Below, in pieces: positions 1 to 14,650 of a stretch of 64,000 nucleotides of DNA. Position 1 is the stretch's first letter; the number at the start of each line of letters is the position of its first letter. Made by a program: the position numbers and the translations under genes. The notes under the pieces are model-generated. The model was not told where the DNA came from. It searched no databases and was given only the letters and a program-made list of their open reading frames with translations. The stretch comes from Anaeramoeba ignava BMAN (lineage: Eukaryota > Protista > Anaeramoebae), in the NCBI GenBank assembly GCA_028826165.1, contig JAPDFW010000077.1:248001-312000 (forward strand), written 5' to 3'.

Positions 1-130
1 TAAATTTATTCCTTATTTTTAAATTGAAAAGATATTAAATTTATTCCTCATTTTTAAATTGAAAAAGATATTAAATTTATTCCTTATTTTTAAATTGAAA
101 AATATATTAAATTTATTCCTCATTTTTAAA
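1..130. repeat. ~36-bp tandem repeat (TAAATTTATTCCTTATTTTTAAATTGAAAAGATAT), ~3.5 copies, truncated by window edge
   Basis: Unit recurs at about 1, 37, 72 and 108; abuts the stop codon of the gene at 131. Confidence 0.85.
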
Positions 131-2074
131 TTAAAAAAAATAAACTTCCATTTCAATAATTTTCCAATTCTTTTTTTCTCCAACTAAATAATTCAGCGCA
201 TCATTTGACTCAATTTCAATTCCCAAAGGAAGCTCAAAAGAATATCCAAATCGTGAAATTCCTCCATTTAACCTTTTGTTAATAACCAAATCATAACATC
301 TCCCAAAAATTGGACCATAATCAAGATCATATCCAAGAGCAAAAATTTCTTCACCTTTTCTTACACAAAATTTTTGAGGAGGATCATTTTTGAAATTTTT
401 TAAAGAGAAAATAAAGGCATTTGGATCAGAGATGTAGTTAAATTGCAGGAAATTGTTTTCTTGGCCATCTGAATTTTGTAATCCCCATTTGGATTGATCT
501 GTAGTAAATCCAACTGAGGTAAAAGCTCCAAAAATAAAATCATCTTGAGTTTGAATTAAAATTAATGTTTTCCCTTTGTCATCAATTTTCCCATGAAATT
601 TATAAGAAGAAAATCCGTCTTTCTTTGCGGAAAATCTCAGTTTCATTTTCTGGAAAAAATAATCATCATGAATCCACTCTTTCAATTTGGAAAGATATTC
701 TGCCTTTGATAGTATTTTTGAGTCTTGAATTGTATTTTTGGCTTTAATCTTCTCTTTCTCTTTAATTTCATCCTGTTTTTTTTTCATTTCTTGAACTTCC
801 AGAAGAGATTTATCATTTTCCTCTTTCAAATTCTCGTATTCATTTTGTATTTGTGATTTTTGCTCGATCAATTTTTGGTTTTCGATCAAAATGCCATCTT
901 TTTCTTGTTTTAATTTCTTCAATTGATTTGAGTTTTTTGTCACTATTTTTTGGATTTCCTTTTCTTTTTCTTCTTTGAGGGAACTTAATTGCCTTTTCAT
1001 ATCTTCTTGGATTTGGTTTTTTTGTTGGACTAAATTCTTGATTTGATCCTTTTTTTCTTGTTCAATTTGATCTTTAAGTTGATTGAGTTGAGAAATTTGG
1101 AGATTTGTTTTTGTTGTGAATTGTTCCCATTGAGATGTTTTTAGCAAGTTCTCCTTTTTCATTTGCATCTTTTCTTTTTCCAGGAGTGCTTTTTCTTTTC
1201 TCATTGTTTCCAAATTTTGGATTTGATTTTGGATTTGATTTTGTTTTTGGGAATTATCTTTTTGGATGACTTGAATTTGTTCTTTGAAAATTTCCAGTTT
1301 CATTTTGTTGATTTGTTCTGAAGGAAATAAGGGAAGTTCTGAAATTGATTTTATATCTTGTTTTGGGATTGATTCAAAAGGGATCAAGGGAGATATTTTG
1401 TGGAACTGAGATTGAATGAGTGATTTTCTCAATGCAGCACTTAAAATTGGAAAAGAATTTCGAGTTTTTTGTTCACACCAGAAATATAGTACTTTGAAGA
1501 AGGGAACCCCAATGTTTTGTGTTTGGATATGGATTTGGATAATTTCTTCCATTTCCTTTTCTGAGATTTCATAGATATTCTGTTTATTGATTAAAGATGG
1601 AAAATTATCTCCCAAAAAATGGATTATTTTTTTATGGATATTTTGGCTATGAATTTTGTGATTTTCTTTCAAAATTTGGAACACATTATTGAAATTGATT
1701 GAATTGATAAGATCTACTTCAAGAGCTTGGGATAACTTAAACAATCCAAATTTCACTGAAGCAATCCAAAAAGAAAGCAAATTTTCTTTTTTATAATTGA
1801 TTTTGCAAGTGTAAATATAAGTAAGAATATTATTTATTGTTTGTTCATCAAAATTATGGAAAGAAATGCTATTTGATTCATGAGATGTGAAAAATAATTT
1901 AAAAAAGGGAGATCTAGCTTGAAGAATGGATTTATGAACATTGAATTTTGATAAATTTTTTTGAATTAAAATTGTGAAATCTGAGAAATTATTATTTTCA
2001 TTAAATAAAGTTGAAAATTGATGAAAAAATTCTTTTTGATGTTCTTTTTTGGAAAATGGATAATTTGAATTCAT
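131..2074 (-). CDS. BTB/POZ-BACK, coiled-coil, TLDc domain protein (647 aa, intronless)
   Basis: N-terminal SDFTILI..FNVHKSILQARSPFF (BTB); central coiled coil; C-terminal RFSAKKDGFSSYKFHGKID..GKTLILIQT..IFGAFT..IIEMEVYF (TLDc). Confidence 0.9.
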   Translation of the reverse strand: MNSNYPFSKKEHQKEFFHQFSTLFNENNNFSDFTILIQKNLSKFNVHKSILQARSPFFKLFFTSHESNSISFHNFDEQTINNILTYIYTCKINYKKENLLSFWIASVKFGLFKLSQALEVDLINSINFNNVFQILKENHKIHSQNIHKKIIHFLGDNFPSLINKQNIYEISEKEMEEIIQIHIQTQNIGVPFFKVLYFWCEQKTRNSFPILSAALRKSLIQSQFHKISPLIPFESIPKQDIKSISELPLFPSEQINKMKLEIFKEQIQVIQKDNSQKQNQIQNQIQNLETMRKEKALLEKEKMQMKKENLLKTSQWEQFTTKTNLQISQLNQLKDQIEQEKKDQIKNLVQQKNQIQEDMKRQLSSLKEEKEKEIQKIVTKNSNQLKKLKQEKDGILIENQKLIEQKSQIQNEYENLKEENDKSLLEVQEMKKKQDEIKEKEKIKAKNTIQDSKILSKAEYLSKLKEWIHDDYFFQKMKLRFSAKKDGFSSYKFHGKIDDKGKTLILIQTQDDFIFGAFTSVGFTTDQSKWGLQNSDGQENNFLQFNYISDPNAFIFSLKNFKNDPPQKFCVRKGEEIFALGYDLDYGPIFGRCYDLVINKRLNGGISRFGYSFELPLGIEIESNDALNYLVGEKKNWKIIEMEVYFF

Positions 2075-2174
2075 TTTATAAAGAAAAAAAAGAAGAAAAA
2101 TGAAAAAAAAATAAATTCATTTTTTTCTTTTTTCTTTTTCTTTTTTTAAAAATATAAATAAAAAATATATCAAA

Positions 2175-4915
2175 ATGCAAAATAAATTAACTGGTCGTTT
2201 ATGGAGAAAAAATATTGATCTTGAATCAAATGAATTTTCTTCCGATATCAAAATACGCAATTATACCAACAAACAGCGATTCAGTCAACTCACAAGTTTT
2301 GCAATTCATTCGCAATCCGATTATTTACTAAAATCAAGTTTTAATTCAACAAAAAACGAATCCTCAATAATAGAAATTTTCAACAAGAACAGAATAACAG
2401 ACGAGATGGAAATAGTATATCGGTTTGCATTAAACCAACCTGTATATGATATGAACTGGATGGATAGCCGATTGCTAGTTGCATCAAAGGGCACAGCACA
2501 TTTATTTGAACTGAGCAAAGAGTTTTTGGACAAGATAAGCATAATTGAGAAACAAGGATATAATAGGGAGGAACTGTGCGGAGATTTGGAAGAGAAGGGA
2601 TGCTATAAGCACAAGCATCTTGGCGGGAGACTACTGTCTGCGCCGCCAGGAGAAAAAAATGTGACAACAAGATTGAGGAAAATTAGAATGGATCCATTTT
2701 TTAAAGTCAAAATTCCTCACAATTGAAAATAATAACTTGCATATTTGGGACTTGAATAATTCTCAAGATCCCCTCAATACCGCACAAGTCTCCGCCTCTT
2801 GTTTATATGTTTCCGAATACAATCCATTGATGGAAAATATTGTAATTGTTGGAGGAGTTGGATCTTCAATCAAAATAATTGATTCAAGAAATATTTCAAG
2901 TCATTATTCAATGATCCAAAATATTGAAAATTCCAAACATGATATTGTAAATGATATTCAATGGTCGCCTTTTCTTCCCTTTGTGTTTGCATCAGCAGGC
3001 GAGGATTTCACAGTGAAAGTCTGGGATATGCGCTTCATTCAAAAAGCGAAGCCTGTTTATATTTTGGAAGGTCATGAAAATATTGTTGATTCAATTTGTT
3101 GGTCTCATTTTTATCCTGATTTTCTTTTTAGTTCTTCACTTGATCACAACGTGAATTTTTGGAGCCTTAACTCTTCCCCCAACTGTCTGCTTTCTTCCCA
3201 AAAAATCCGCAACGAAACTATCGCAGGTATTGCGTGCTCAAGAAATTCTTCCGAGTTTGTATATCTTGCTTCAAAATTAAACACTGTTTTCTCAATCCAA
3301 ATTTCAGAGGACTTTCTTTCATCACTTGCCCGCAATGTCCTTCTGAAAATCAAGGACAGAGACATGAGAACAATCCACAACTGTATTTTCTATCGAGATT
3401 TCCGTCAGGCATCCAATCTCGTCCTTTCGCAATCGAAAAACTCAATCAAACAAAATCATCCAAAAAAAGCTCTTGAAATCACAAAATTACTTCGACCTCT
3501 AGTTCTTGCTGATTTCAAGCAAACCCCACTCCGCTCCGTTTTTTGGATGTGCGCAGTTTCCATCCCGCCTCTTTTCCCGTTTGATTGGACACAAAGCGTC
3601 GATTCAAATTTTCTTTTCGAGAAAAAATTAATTTCACTTGAAGCAAAATTACAATTGATGATCCAACAGGAAAATTTTACGGGAATTTCCAAGTACCTTC
3701 CTAAAGTGCAGGATTTCCTGCTCAAACTCGACTTTTCCACAGTAAGCAACATGGTGGAAATCTTATCCAAAACCGATATCATACTGGCAATCTCGTTGGT
3801 TATTAGCTATGGAGAACAAGCAAATGATACTGAACACAGCAACTTCCTGAATTTGGCATATCCGCTCATTTTCCCCACAGGTTAATATCCTTTTTTTGCA
3901 TATACTTTGACTTACTCTTACATTTTCTCATCTTTCTTTTCTCCTCTTTTTCTTTTTAGTTTATGACGATCCAAATGAAGTTTTTTATTCTTCAATAGAT
4001 AATCTGAAAAGTGAAGAAAAATCTATCATTCAAGATCACTCAAAAATATCCAATTCCAAATCGGATTTTTCTCAGACAAATCAAAACCCAAAAAAAATCC
4101 GAAGCACTAACTCCAACACACAAGATTCAAACTCACAAATCCAAAACACAGAAGATGATAATGTTGTTGTCATTGACGAATCACTGCGAAACTTACGCCA
4201 GAAGAAAAGATCCAAAAAAAATTTATCATTTTCTTTAGCTCGACCTGTAGTAACATTTGAGCGGATTCTGTCCCAGTTGAAAATCATGAAAAACGTACAC
4301 ACCTTTCTTGGAAACAACTATTCTCCACCCACAATCAATGATCACGATACTGCTCTCTCACTTTTCCAAGACCCACTCAATTTGATTTCAATCACAATGC
4401 TCCGTTTGTATCTCTTTCTTCTTCTTCAGAAATTCCAAATCATTCCCTTCTATATCATCGCTTCTTCTTTTGCTGATGAGTTCTCGCAAGCCCCAATTGC
4501 ACTTTTGCTCCAAGAAATGATGAGCACAATTGGCTTTTCGATTCTTCAAAAAGTTCTCAAAAAATCTTATTCCCAAAAAATTTCAAAAAGAATCATTGAT
4601 ATTCGCAATTCTCTTGAATGTGCAATTGAAATTGCTACAAAATCCGCATTGATTCCTAAACCAGTTGCTACTTTTTTCCAGCAAGTAATCCCTCAATTTT
4701 CTTCAGATCTCAGAAACTCTTTGAAAGATCCAAAATTAGTTTCAGATCCTTCTTTTGCAAATATTCAATCCCAAATGAAAATTTCTCTTGAAAAAATCCA
4801 TCAATTTGATTTTGAATCTCGATCTCGAATTTGTAAACTTGAAATTGAAGTTGCTAAAGAAGTGTTGAAATCATTTTTATCTAAATTTGATTCTACTAAT
4901 TCTAATTTAAATTGA
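2175..4915 (+). CDS. WD40-repeat protein with helical C-terminus; intron 3881-3959; apparent +1 frameshift near 2700
   Basis: WD motifs (HDIVNDIQWSP..FASAGEDFTVKVWD, LEGHENIVDSICWS). GTTAAT..TTTTAG intron joins FPT-V-YDDP and reads open to 4915. ORFs 2175 and 2737 join if one T is removed from the T6 run at 2697-2702. Confidence 0.8.
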
Positions 4916-5026
4916 TTTAATTTCAAAAAAAAAAAACAACAAAATAAATTATTAAATTGGAAAAATTTTTGATTTAATGATTTTAAAAAAAAATCAAAAA
5001 AAAAAATCTTCTTTTTTCTTCTTTTT

Positions 5027-8000
5027 TTAATTGAAATCTTCCAAAAGTAAATCAATTATTGAATTTTGGTTTAATTGATAATAATCTTTTAAATCTTGAT
5101 ATTCTTCTTCAATCATTTGTTTGTTTTGTTTTTTTGTTTTATCAAATTCATCATGATAAAGAAAATAAATGAATTGATAAATTGTTTCAAATGATTTTCC
5201 CGAATAATCATGAACTTGATTAGAAGAATCTTCAACACTTAGAAACATTCCTTTGAATAATTCACTTCTTATTAGTAAGATCAATTTATGAGCTTTGATT
5301 TCTTTTTCTGAACAAATTATTAAAAAATCCTTTTTTGAAACATCTTCTTTAAACAATTTTTGCAAATCTTCAACAATTCCTCTTCTTCCTTTTTTTGTTT
5401 CAATCCATTTGGAATCAAACCCAATTTCTTTGAATAGTTGTGAAATGATCTGCTGTTCCCCTTCAACTTTAGATAAATCTTTCCTTGAACTTTCAATGTT
5501 TTCTCTCGTTTTATTAATTTCACTCCATGAAAATTTGGATAATTTGTAATCGTTTTGAGATTGTAGATATTCATTGTATAAATCTTTGAAACGTTGAATT
5601 TTTTCCCAGAAATTATCAAAATCAGGAAAACCTGTATAAAGAAAATTCAATGCGAATTGAACATGTTTCTTTGGTTTTTTCTGGCAAAGTTCAACAAACT
5701 TTTGTAAAATGGAATCATCGTTATTAAATCTTGATAGAAGAATTAATTTGTGAACAGGAAATTTGGAAAAATCACTTGATTCAATTTGATAATCTGAGAA
5801 ATTCCCGCTTGATTTCAGTAAATTGTTCATATCTTCGTTGATTGAATACACTTTGGGGAAATATTCTAGAATTTTTGGAATAATTTGAGGAAATTTTAAG
5901 TCGAATACATTCACATCATTCATCATCAAAAATTTGATCGATTTTCCACAATTTTTTGAGATGGCTAAAGAAAAAACTGTTTCATCTTGATTAGCTTTTG
6001 CATTTATATCAATTCCTTTTTGGATCAAAAAATTGATAATTTGAATTAACTTCTCTTCCTCCATAATTTGTGCTTGATTCCAAAAAAGAAGATGGATGAT
6101 CGACCGATTTTGATTGTTTTTCAAATGAATATTAGCTCCTTTTTCAACTAGATATTTGATAATCTCAAATAGATTAGGGTTTTTTCTTCCATTAATGCAG
6201 ACATAATGCAAAGGAGTTTGATTGGAAGAATTTTCTTTTACATTGATATCAGCTCCTTTTTCAACAAGATACTTGATAGTTTCAAAAGAAAATTCATTTT
6301 GGTATTGACAGACATAATGCAAAGCTGTTTTATTTGAATTATCTTTTACATTGATATCAACTCCTTTTTCAATTAAATACTTGATAATTTCAAAAGAAAA
6401 TTCATTTTGGTATTGACAGACATAATGTATTGAAGTTTGGTTTGAATGGGTTTTTGTATGGATATCAACTCCTTTTTCAATTAAATACTTGATAATTTCA
6501 AATGAATTTGTGTTTTTATATCTGCAAACGAAATGTAAGAGTGTTTCATTATATTTATTTGTGGTATGAACACCAACTCCCTTTTCAACTAGATACTTGA
6601 TAATTTCAAAGGAATTTGTGTTTTGGGACTGACAAGCAGAATATAATAATGTTTCATTTTGATCATTTTGTGTGTTGATATTAGCCCCCTTTTCAATTAG
6701 ATATTTGAGAATTTCAAATGCTTTTTCGTTTTTATATTTGAAAAGATAAAATAAAGGTGTTTGTTTTTGATAACTTGGTAAATTTAGATGAACCCGCTTT
6801 TCAACTAGATATTTGATGATTTCAAATGAATGTGGGTTTGTGTTTTGGCAAATCAAATGCAAAGGTGTTTCACTTTGCGTATTTTTTGTATTAATATCAA
6901 TTCCTTTTTCAACAAGATATTTTGTCATTTCAAGTAAATTGAAATTTTGAACTTGAAAAAGTGAATGCAAAAGTGATTCGGATGAAGGATTTTTTGCATT
7001 AATATTAGCTCCTTTTGCAACTAGATATTTGATAATTTCAAATAAATTTGGGTTTGGGTTTTGCAAATAAAATTGAAAAGTATATGATAATAAATTCCCA
7101 TGATGATATGACGATACATTAACACTAGCACCCTTCTCAACCAGATATTTGATAATTTCAATCCAAATTGGGTTGTTATTTTGGAGATAATTCTTGAAAG
7201 AGGAGAAGAGTGCTGTTTCGTTTTGGTTATTTTTTGCATCAAGAATCGTTTTTTTCTCAATTAGATATTTGATAATTTGGAGTGTATTTTGATTAGGAAT
7301 TTTGTTTTGGCAAATTAAATGCAAAGGTGTTTCATTTTGTAGATTTTGTGCATTAATATCAGCACCTTTTTCAACTAGATATTTGATAATTTCAAATAAA
7401 TTTGAATTTTTGCTTTGGCAAATTAAGTGTAAAAGTGTATCATTGAATTGATTTTTTACATTAATATTAGCTCCTTTTTCAACTAGATATTTGATAATTT
7501 CAAATAAATTTGGGTTTTTGTTTTGGCAAATTAAGTGTAAAAGTGTATCATTGAATTGATTTTTTGCATTAATATTAACTCCTTTTTCAACAAGATATTT
7601 GATAATTTCAAATAAATTTGGGTTTTTGTTTTGGCAAATTAAATGTAAAAGTGTATCATTGAATTGGCTTTTTACATTAATATCAGCTCCTTTTTCAACT
7701 AGATATTTGATAATTTCAAATAAATTTGGGTTTTTGTTTTGGCAAATCAAAAGCAAAGGAGTTTCATTTCCAAAATTTTTTGAATTAATATCAGCTCCTT
7801 TTTCAACTAAATATTTGATAATTTCAAATGAATTTGAATTTTTGTTTCTGCAAATCAAAAGCAAAGGAGTTTCATTTCCAAAACTTTTTGAATTAACATC
7901 AGCTCCTTTTTCAACTAAATATTTGATAATTTCAAATGAATCTTCTTTTGTTTGAAATTTGCAAATTAAATCTAAAGGTGTTTGGAAAATTGAATTTTTA

Positions 8001-8101
8001 ATTGTAATATCTGCTCCTTGTTCAATCAATGATTTTATTTCTTTTATTGAACCAATTTGGCAAACTGAAAAGAGTTTTTTATTTTTTTCAATTTGATTCA
8101 T
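5027..8101 (-). CDS. Ankyrin-repeat (~19 repeats) plus tandem BTB domain protein (1024 aa)
   Basis: Repeated TPLHLIC..FEIIKYLVEKGADIN units; C-terminal SDYQIES..FPVHKLILLSR and KDFLIIC..IKAHKLILLIRSELFKGMF BTB motifs. Confidence 0.92.
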   Translation of the reverse strand: MNQIEKNKKLFSVCQIGSIKEIKSLIEQGADITIKNSIFQTPLDLICKFQTKEDSFEIIKYLVEKGADVNSKSFGNETPLLLICRNKNSNSFEIIKYLVEKGADINSKNFGNETPLLLICQNKNPNLFEIIKYLVEKGADINVKSQFNDTLLHLICQNKNPNLFEIIKYLVEKGVNINAKNQFNDTLLHLICQNKNPNLFEIIKYLVEKGANINVKNQFNDTLLHLICQSKNSNLFEIIKYLVEKGADINAQNLQNETPLHLICQNKIPNQNTLQIIKYLIEKKTILDAKNNQNETALFSSFKNYLQNNNPIWIEIIKYLVEKGASVNVSSYHHGNLLSYTFQFYLQNPNPNLFEIIKYLVAKGANINAKNPSSESLLHSLFQVQNFNLLEMTKYLVEKGIDINTKNTQSETPLHLICQNTNPHSFEIIKYLVEKRVHLNLPSYQKQTPLFYLFKYKNEKAFEILKYLIEKGANINTQNDQNETLLYSACQSQNTNSFEIIKYLVEKGVGVHTTNKYNETLLHFVCRYKNTNSFEIIKYLIEKGVDIHTKTHSNQTSIHYVCQYQNEFSFEIIKYLIEKGVDINVKDNSNKTALHYVCQYQNEFSFETIKYLVEKGADINVKENSSNQTPLHYVCINGRKNPNLFEIIKYLVEKGANIHLKNNQNRSIIHLLFWNQAQIMEEEKLIQIINFLIQKGIDINAKANQDETVFSLAISKNCGKSIKFLMMNDVNVFDLKFPQIIPKILEYFPKVYSINEDMNNLLKSSGNFSDYQIESSDFSKFPVHKLILLSRFNNDDSILQKFVELCQKKPKKHVQFALNFLYTGFPDFDNFWEKIQRFKDLYNEYLQSQNDYKLSKFSWSEINKTRENIESSRKDLSKVEGEQQIISQLFKEIGFDSKWIETKKGRRGIVEDLQKLFKEDVSKKDFLIICSEKEIKAHKLILLIRSELFKGMFLSVEDSSNQVHDYSGKSFETIYQFIYFLYHDEFDKTKKQNKQMIEEEYQDLKDYYQLNQNSIIDLLLEDFN

Positions 8102-8161
8102 TTAGTTTTGATTTTAATTTTGAAAATGAAAAAAATGAAAAATGAAAAATGAATTTTAATT

Positions 8162-9943
8162 TTAATTTTGATTATTAAATTTGTTAATTAATAAATCAAA
8201 TAAATTTGGATTTGTTTGATTTAATTGAAAATAATCAATTCCAATTTCAATTTCATCGATTATTTGTTGTGTAATTTCAATTTCATCTTTAATTTGATTT
8301 GAATAAATCCAATATTCAAATATTTGAAATGATTTATTGCTTAATTCACTATAATCTGTAACTTTATTTGAAGTATCTTCAGTTACAGATAAAAACATTC
8401 CTCGATATAATTCACTTCTCATTATTAATATTAATTTTGGGAATTTATATTGTTTTTCTTTTCTTTCAATTATAAAATCTTTTTCATTTTCATTTAAATA
8501 AATTCTTTTCATTGTTTCTTCAATTTTTTCATTTGAATTTATAATTTTTAATTTCAGAATATAATTTTGGATTTATTTTGGAATTATTTGAATAAATCAT
8601 TTCAAATATTTGATTTGATTCTTTAATTGATTTATTTGAAATAATTTCTTGAAGTTTTTCAATTTCATTTTCATTTTGATTTAATCTATATTTCAATATT
8701 AATTTACGAGCTTCAATTATTTCTCCATTTTTGGTTTTAAATGAAATATCACAAAATTCTTTTCTTTCAAATAATTTTATCAAATCTTCTTCAAGATTGG
8801 AAAAAGGAGGAGGAGAATAATAAAGAAATGATTTAAAATCACTACAGCAAATATGATAATTAGAAATATCTTCATTAAATCTTAATTTAGGAAGTTCAAT
8901 TTGAATTGGAATTGATTGAGATTTTGTATCTCCAGTTCCTAATTGACCATATAAATTATCTCCAAATACCATAATTTTCCCTTTAGAAGTAAAAACTAGA
9001 TTATGACGTTGCCCAACAGAAATTTCAAGAATATTATCATCATTTTCAAATAAAGATGATTTAATTTCAGTAAATTCTCTAGTATCTTGATCTTGGCCAA
9101 GTCCATTATAATGATAATCACCACATGAATAAAGTTTTCTTTTTGGATTTTGATTTTGATTTTGATTTTCATTTTCAATCAGTAATATTGAATGATTAAA
9201 TCCGCATTGAATATCAATTATTTCACCTTTTGGAATATTTTGTATTTTGGTTAATTTTTGGATTTTTCTTCTTTTCTTGATTTTCCTAATCCAAGTTGAC
9301 CATAATAATTATATCCGCATGAAAATAATTCTTGTTTTAAATTTAAAAGAAAAACATGATCTGAAGAAATTCCTGAAAACATTTTAGAAATATTTTTCAT
9401 CATTAAAATTGGTTTATCTGTTTTTTTAAGTGTTTCAGAATCAAAACCAAGTTGGCCATAGTGATTTGAACCAATTCCATAAGCATTATGATTTGAAGTT
9501 AATAAGTAAAGTGAATTTCTTGAACAGACGATATCTTCAATTATTCTATCATTTGTATCTTCAATTAATGATGAAATATTGATAAATTCATTTGGATTAT
9601 TTGGATTAATATTTCTTCCTTTGGCAAATACATTTCCTTCTGTTGTTAAAATAGCTTCATTAAAAAAACCAACAGTTACTTTTTGAATATTTTCTTCAAT
9701 TTGGATTTTTTCAGGATTTTGATTTGAATATTCTTCTTCGTCAGTTAAATATTCTATTGCTTTTCCATTTTCAAAAAGGAAAATTGTTGAAAAATAACTT
9801 GTTGCAATTTGTTTAATTTGTTTTTCATTTTCATTTTCATTTTCATTTTCAAATTTAAATTGAATTGGTTTTATTATTTTTTCTGTTTTATTTTTGATAA
9901 TTTGTGAATATTTATTTCTTCCAAAAAATATAATTTCATTCAT
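8162..9943 (-). CDS. RCC1-repeat plus tandem BTB protein; two single-base frame breaks (~9265, ~8547), probably consensus errors, possibly a pseudogene
   Basis: RCC1 motifs GSNHYGQLG, GYNYYGQLGLG, FGDNLYGQLGTG; BTB motifs FCDISF and KLILIMRSELYRGMF; adding one A to each A5 run gives one continuous ORF. Confidence 0.8.
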
Positions 9944-10055
9944 TTTTGAAAAGAGAAAAATGAAAAATTTTTAATTTTAATAATAAAAAAGAATAAAGAA
10001 ATTGAGAGAAAAAAAATAGATTTCATTTTTTTTCTTTGTTTTCAAAAATTAAGAG

Positions 10056-11237
10056 ATGTATTTAAATTTTGAAAGTATAGATCAATATGATTATTCAAAT
10101 CAATATGATTCAGTTATCAAAATTGTAATAGATAATGGATCTGGAATGATTAAAGCAGGAATTGCTGGAGAAGAAACACCAAAATATGATTTTCCTTCAA
10201 TAATTGGAAAAGAAAAAAACTTGAAAAAAGAAACAAAATCAACTGATAAATTTTATATTGGAAATGAAGCATTTTTAAAAAGAGAAATTCTATCAATCCA
10301 ATATCCAATCCAAAGAGGAATAATTCAAGACTGGGAAAATATTGAAAAAATTTGGAATCACGTTTTATTTAATGAATTAAAAATATTTCCTGAACAAACT
10401 CCAGTTTTATTAACTGAACCACCTTTCAATCCAAATCGAAACCGTGAGAAAATGATTGAAATTATGTTTGAAACATTTAATATTCCCTATTCATATATCG
10501 CAATTCAAGGAATTTTATCACTCTATGCAGCAGGAAGAACAACAGGAATTGTTTTGGATATTGGAGATGGTGTTGCTCATTCTGTTCCCATTTATGAAGG
10601 ATATACATTCCCTCATGCAATTTCCAGAATGAATTTAGCTGGAAGGGATTTGACTGATTATTTAATGAAAATTTTAAACGAAAAAGAATATCAATTTACA
10701 ACAACTTCAGAAAGAGAAACAGTCAAAGATATCAAAGAGAAACTGTGTTATGTTGCTGAAGATTTTGACAAAGAGATCAAGAACTCAACCCAATCAAATT
10801 CCATTCAAGAAAATTTTCAATTGCCTGATGGAAAATTTATCAAAATTGGAAATGAAAGATTTATATGTCCTGAAGTTTTATTTAACCCTTCTTTAATTGG
10901 AATGGAACATCAAGGAATTCACCAAATGATTCATAATTCAATTTCTAAATGTGATCAAGATGTGACAAAAGATCTTTATTCAAATATTGTTTTATCAGGT
11001 GGATCTTCATTATTCCCAGGAATTGAAACAAGAACCCAATCAGAAATTGAAAAACTAATTGAACCAAGTATGAGAGTAAATGTATTTAGGGATTTTTCTG
11101 AAGTAAGTGGTAGAAAAAATATGGTGTGGATTGGTGGATCAATTTTGGCTTCCCTTATACCTTTCAAAGATATGTGGATTTCAAGGAAAAATTACCTAGA
11201 ATTTGGATCTTTAATCGTTCATAAAAAATGTTATTAA
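10056..11237 (+). CDS. Divergent actin / actin-like protein (393 aa, intronless)
   Basis: IVIDNGSGMIKAG, LLTEPPFNP, GIVLDIGDGVAH, VKDIKEKLCYVA, WIGGSILASL, IVHKKCY. Confidence 0.93.
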   Translation: MYLNFESIDQYDYSNQYDSVIKIVIDNGSGMIKAGIAGEETPKYDFPSIIGKEKNLKKETKSTDKFYIGNEAFLKREILSIQYPIQRGIIQDWENIEKIWNHVLFNELKIFPEQTPVLLTEPPFNPNRNREKMIEIMFETFNIPYSYIAIQGILSLYAAGRTTGIVLDIGDGVAHSVPIYEGYTFPHAISRMNLAGRDLTDYLMKILNEKEYQFTTTSERETVKDIKEKLCYVAEDFDKEIKNSTQSNSIQENFQLPDGKFIKIGNERFICPEVLFNPSLIGMEHQGIHQMIHNSISKCDQDVTKDLYSNIVLSGGSSLFPGIETRTQSEIEKLIEPSMRVNVFRDFSEVSGRKNMVWIGGSILASLIPFKDMWISRKNYLEFGSLIVHKKCY

Positions 11238-11904
11238 TTTATTTTTCAACAAAATTTTATTCCAATAAATTATATTCCAATAAATTTAATTTAATTTTTA
11301 AGAAGAAAAAAAAAAAGAAGAAAGGAGAAAAAAAATCATAAATTCTCCTTTTCAAATATGATCAAAAAAAAAAAGAAGAATAAATAAAAGAAGAATAATA
11401 AAAGGAAAATAAATTATTTTTTAATTAGAAGATTTAATAAAGAATCATTTATTTATTTTATTATTTAAACAAAAGTAAAAAAAAGAAGAATAAGAAAAAG
11501 AATAAGAAAAAGCAATTTTGCTTTTTAATAAAAATAAGAAATAGATCAAATAAAAAATGGACAAATCCAAAAGAAAACAAAAATAACAATTTTAAATTAA
11601 TTTTTTAAATTCTTTTTTGTTCTTAATATAATTTTAAATATTTTTAATTAAATTAGACAGTTTTTAATTTTAATTTTAATTAAAAAAAGGAAAAAAATTT
11701 TTGGACAGTTTTATTTATTTATTTAATTTTTTTTTTATTTTTAAATATAAATTGCCCACAAAATAAATAATAATAAATAATAATAAATAATAAATAATAA
11801 AAGCAAAAAATAATTTTATTACTTTTGATCTCTTTAAAAAGTTTTTTTGGACATTTTCTTTCTTCATTTTTTTCTTTTATTTTCTTTTACTCTTTTTTTA
11901 AAAA

Positions 11905-14650
<2,746 letters not shown>

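Noticed and set aside
3885-3893. U12-type donor ATATCCTTT
   Set aside because: It lies 4 nt inside a GT-AG intron (3881-3959) that already restores the frame; no clear U12 branch site.
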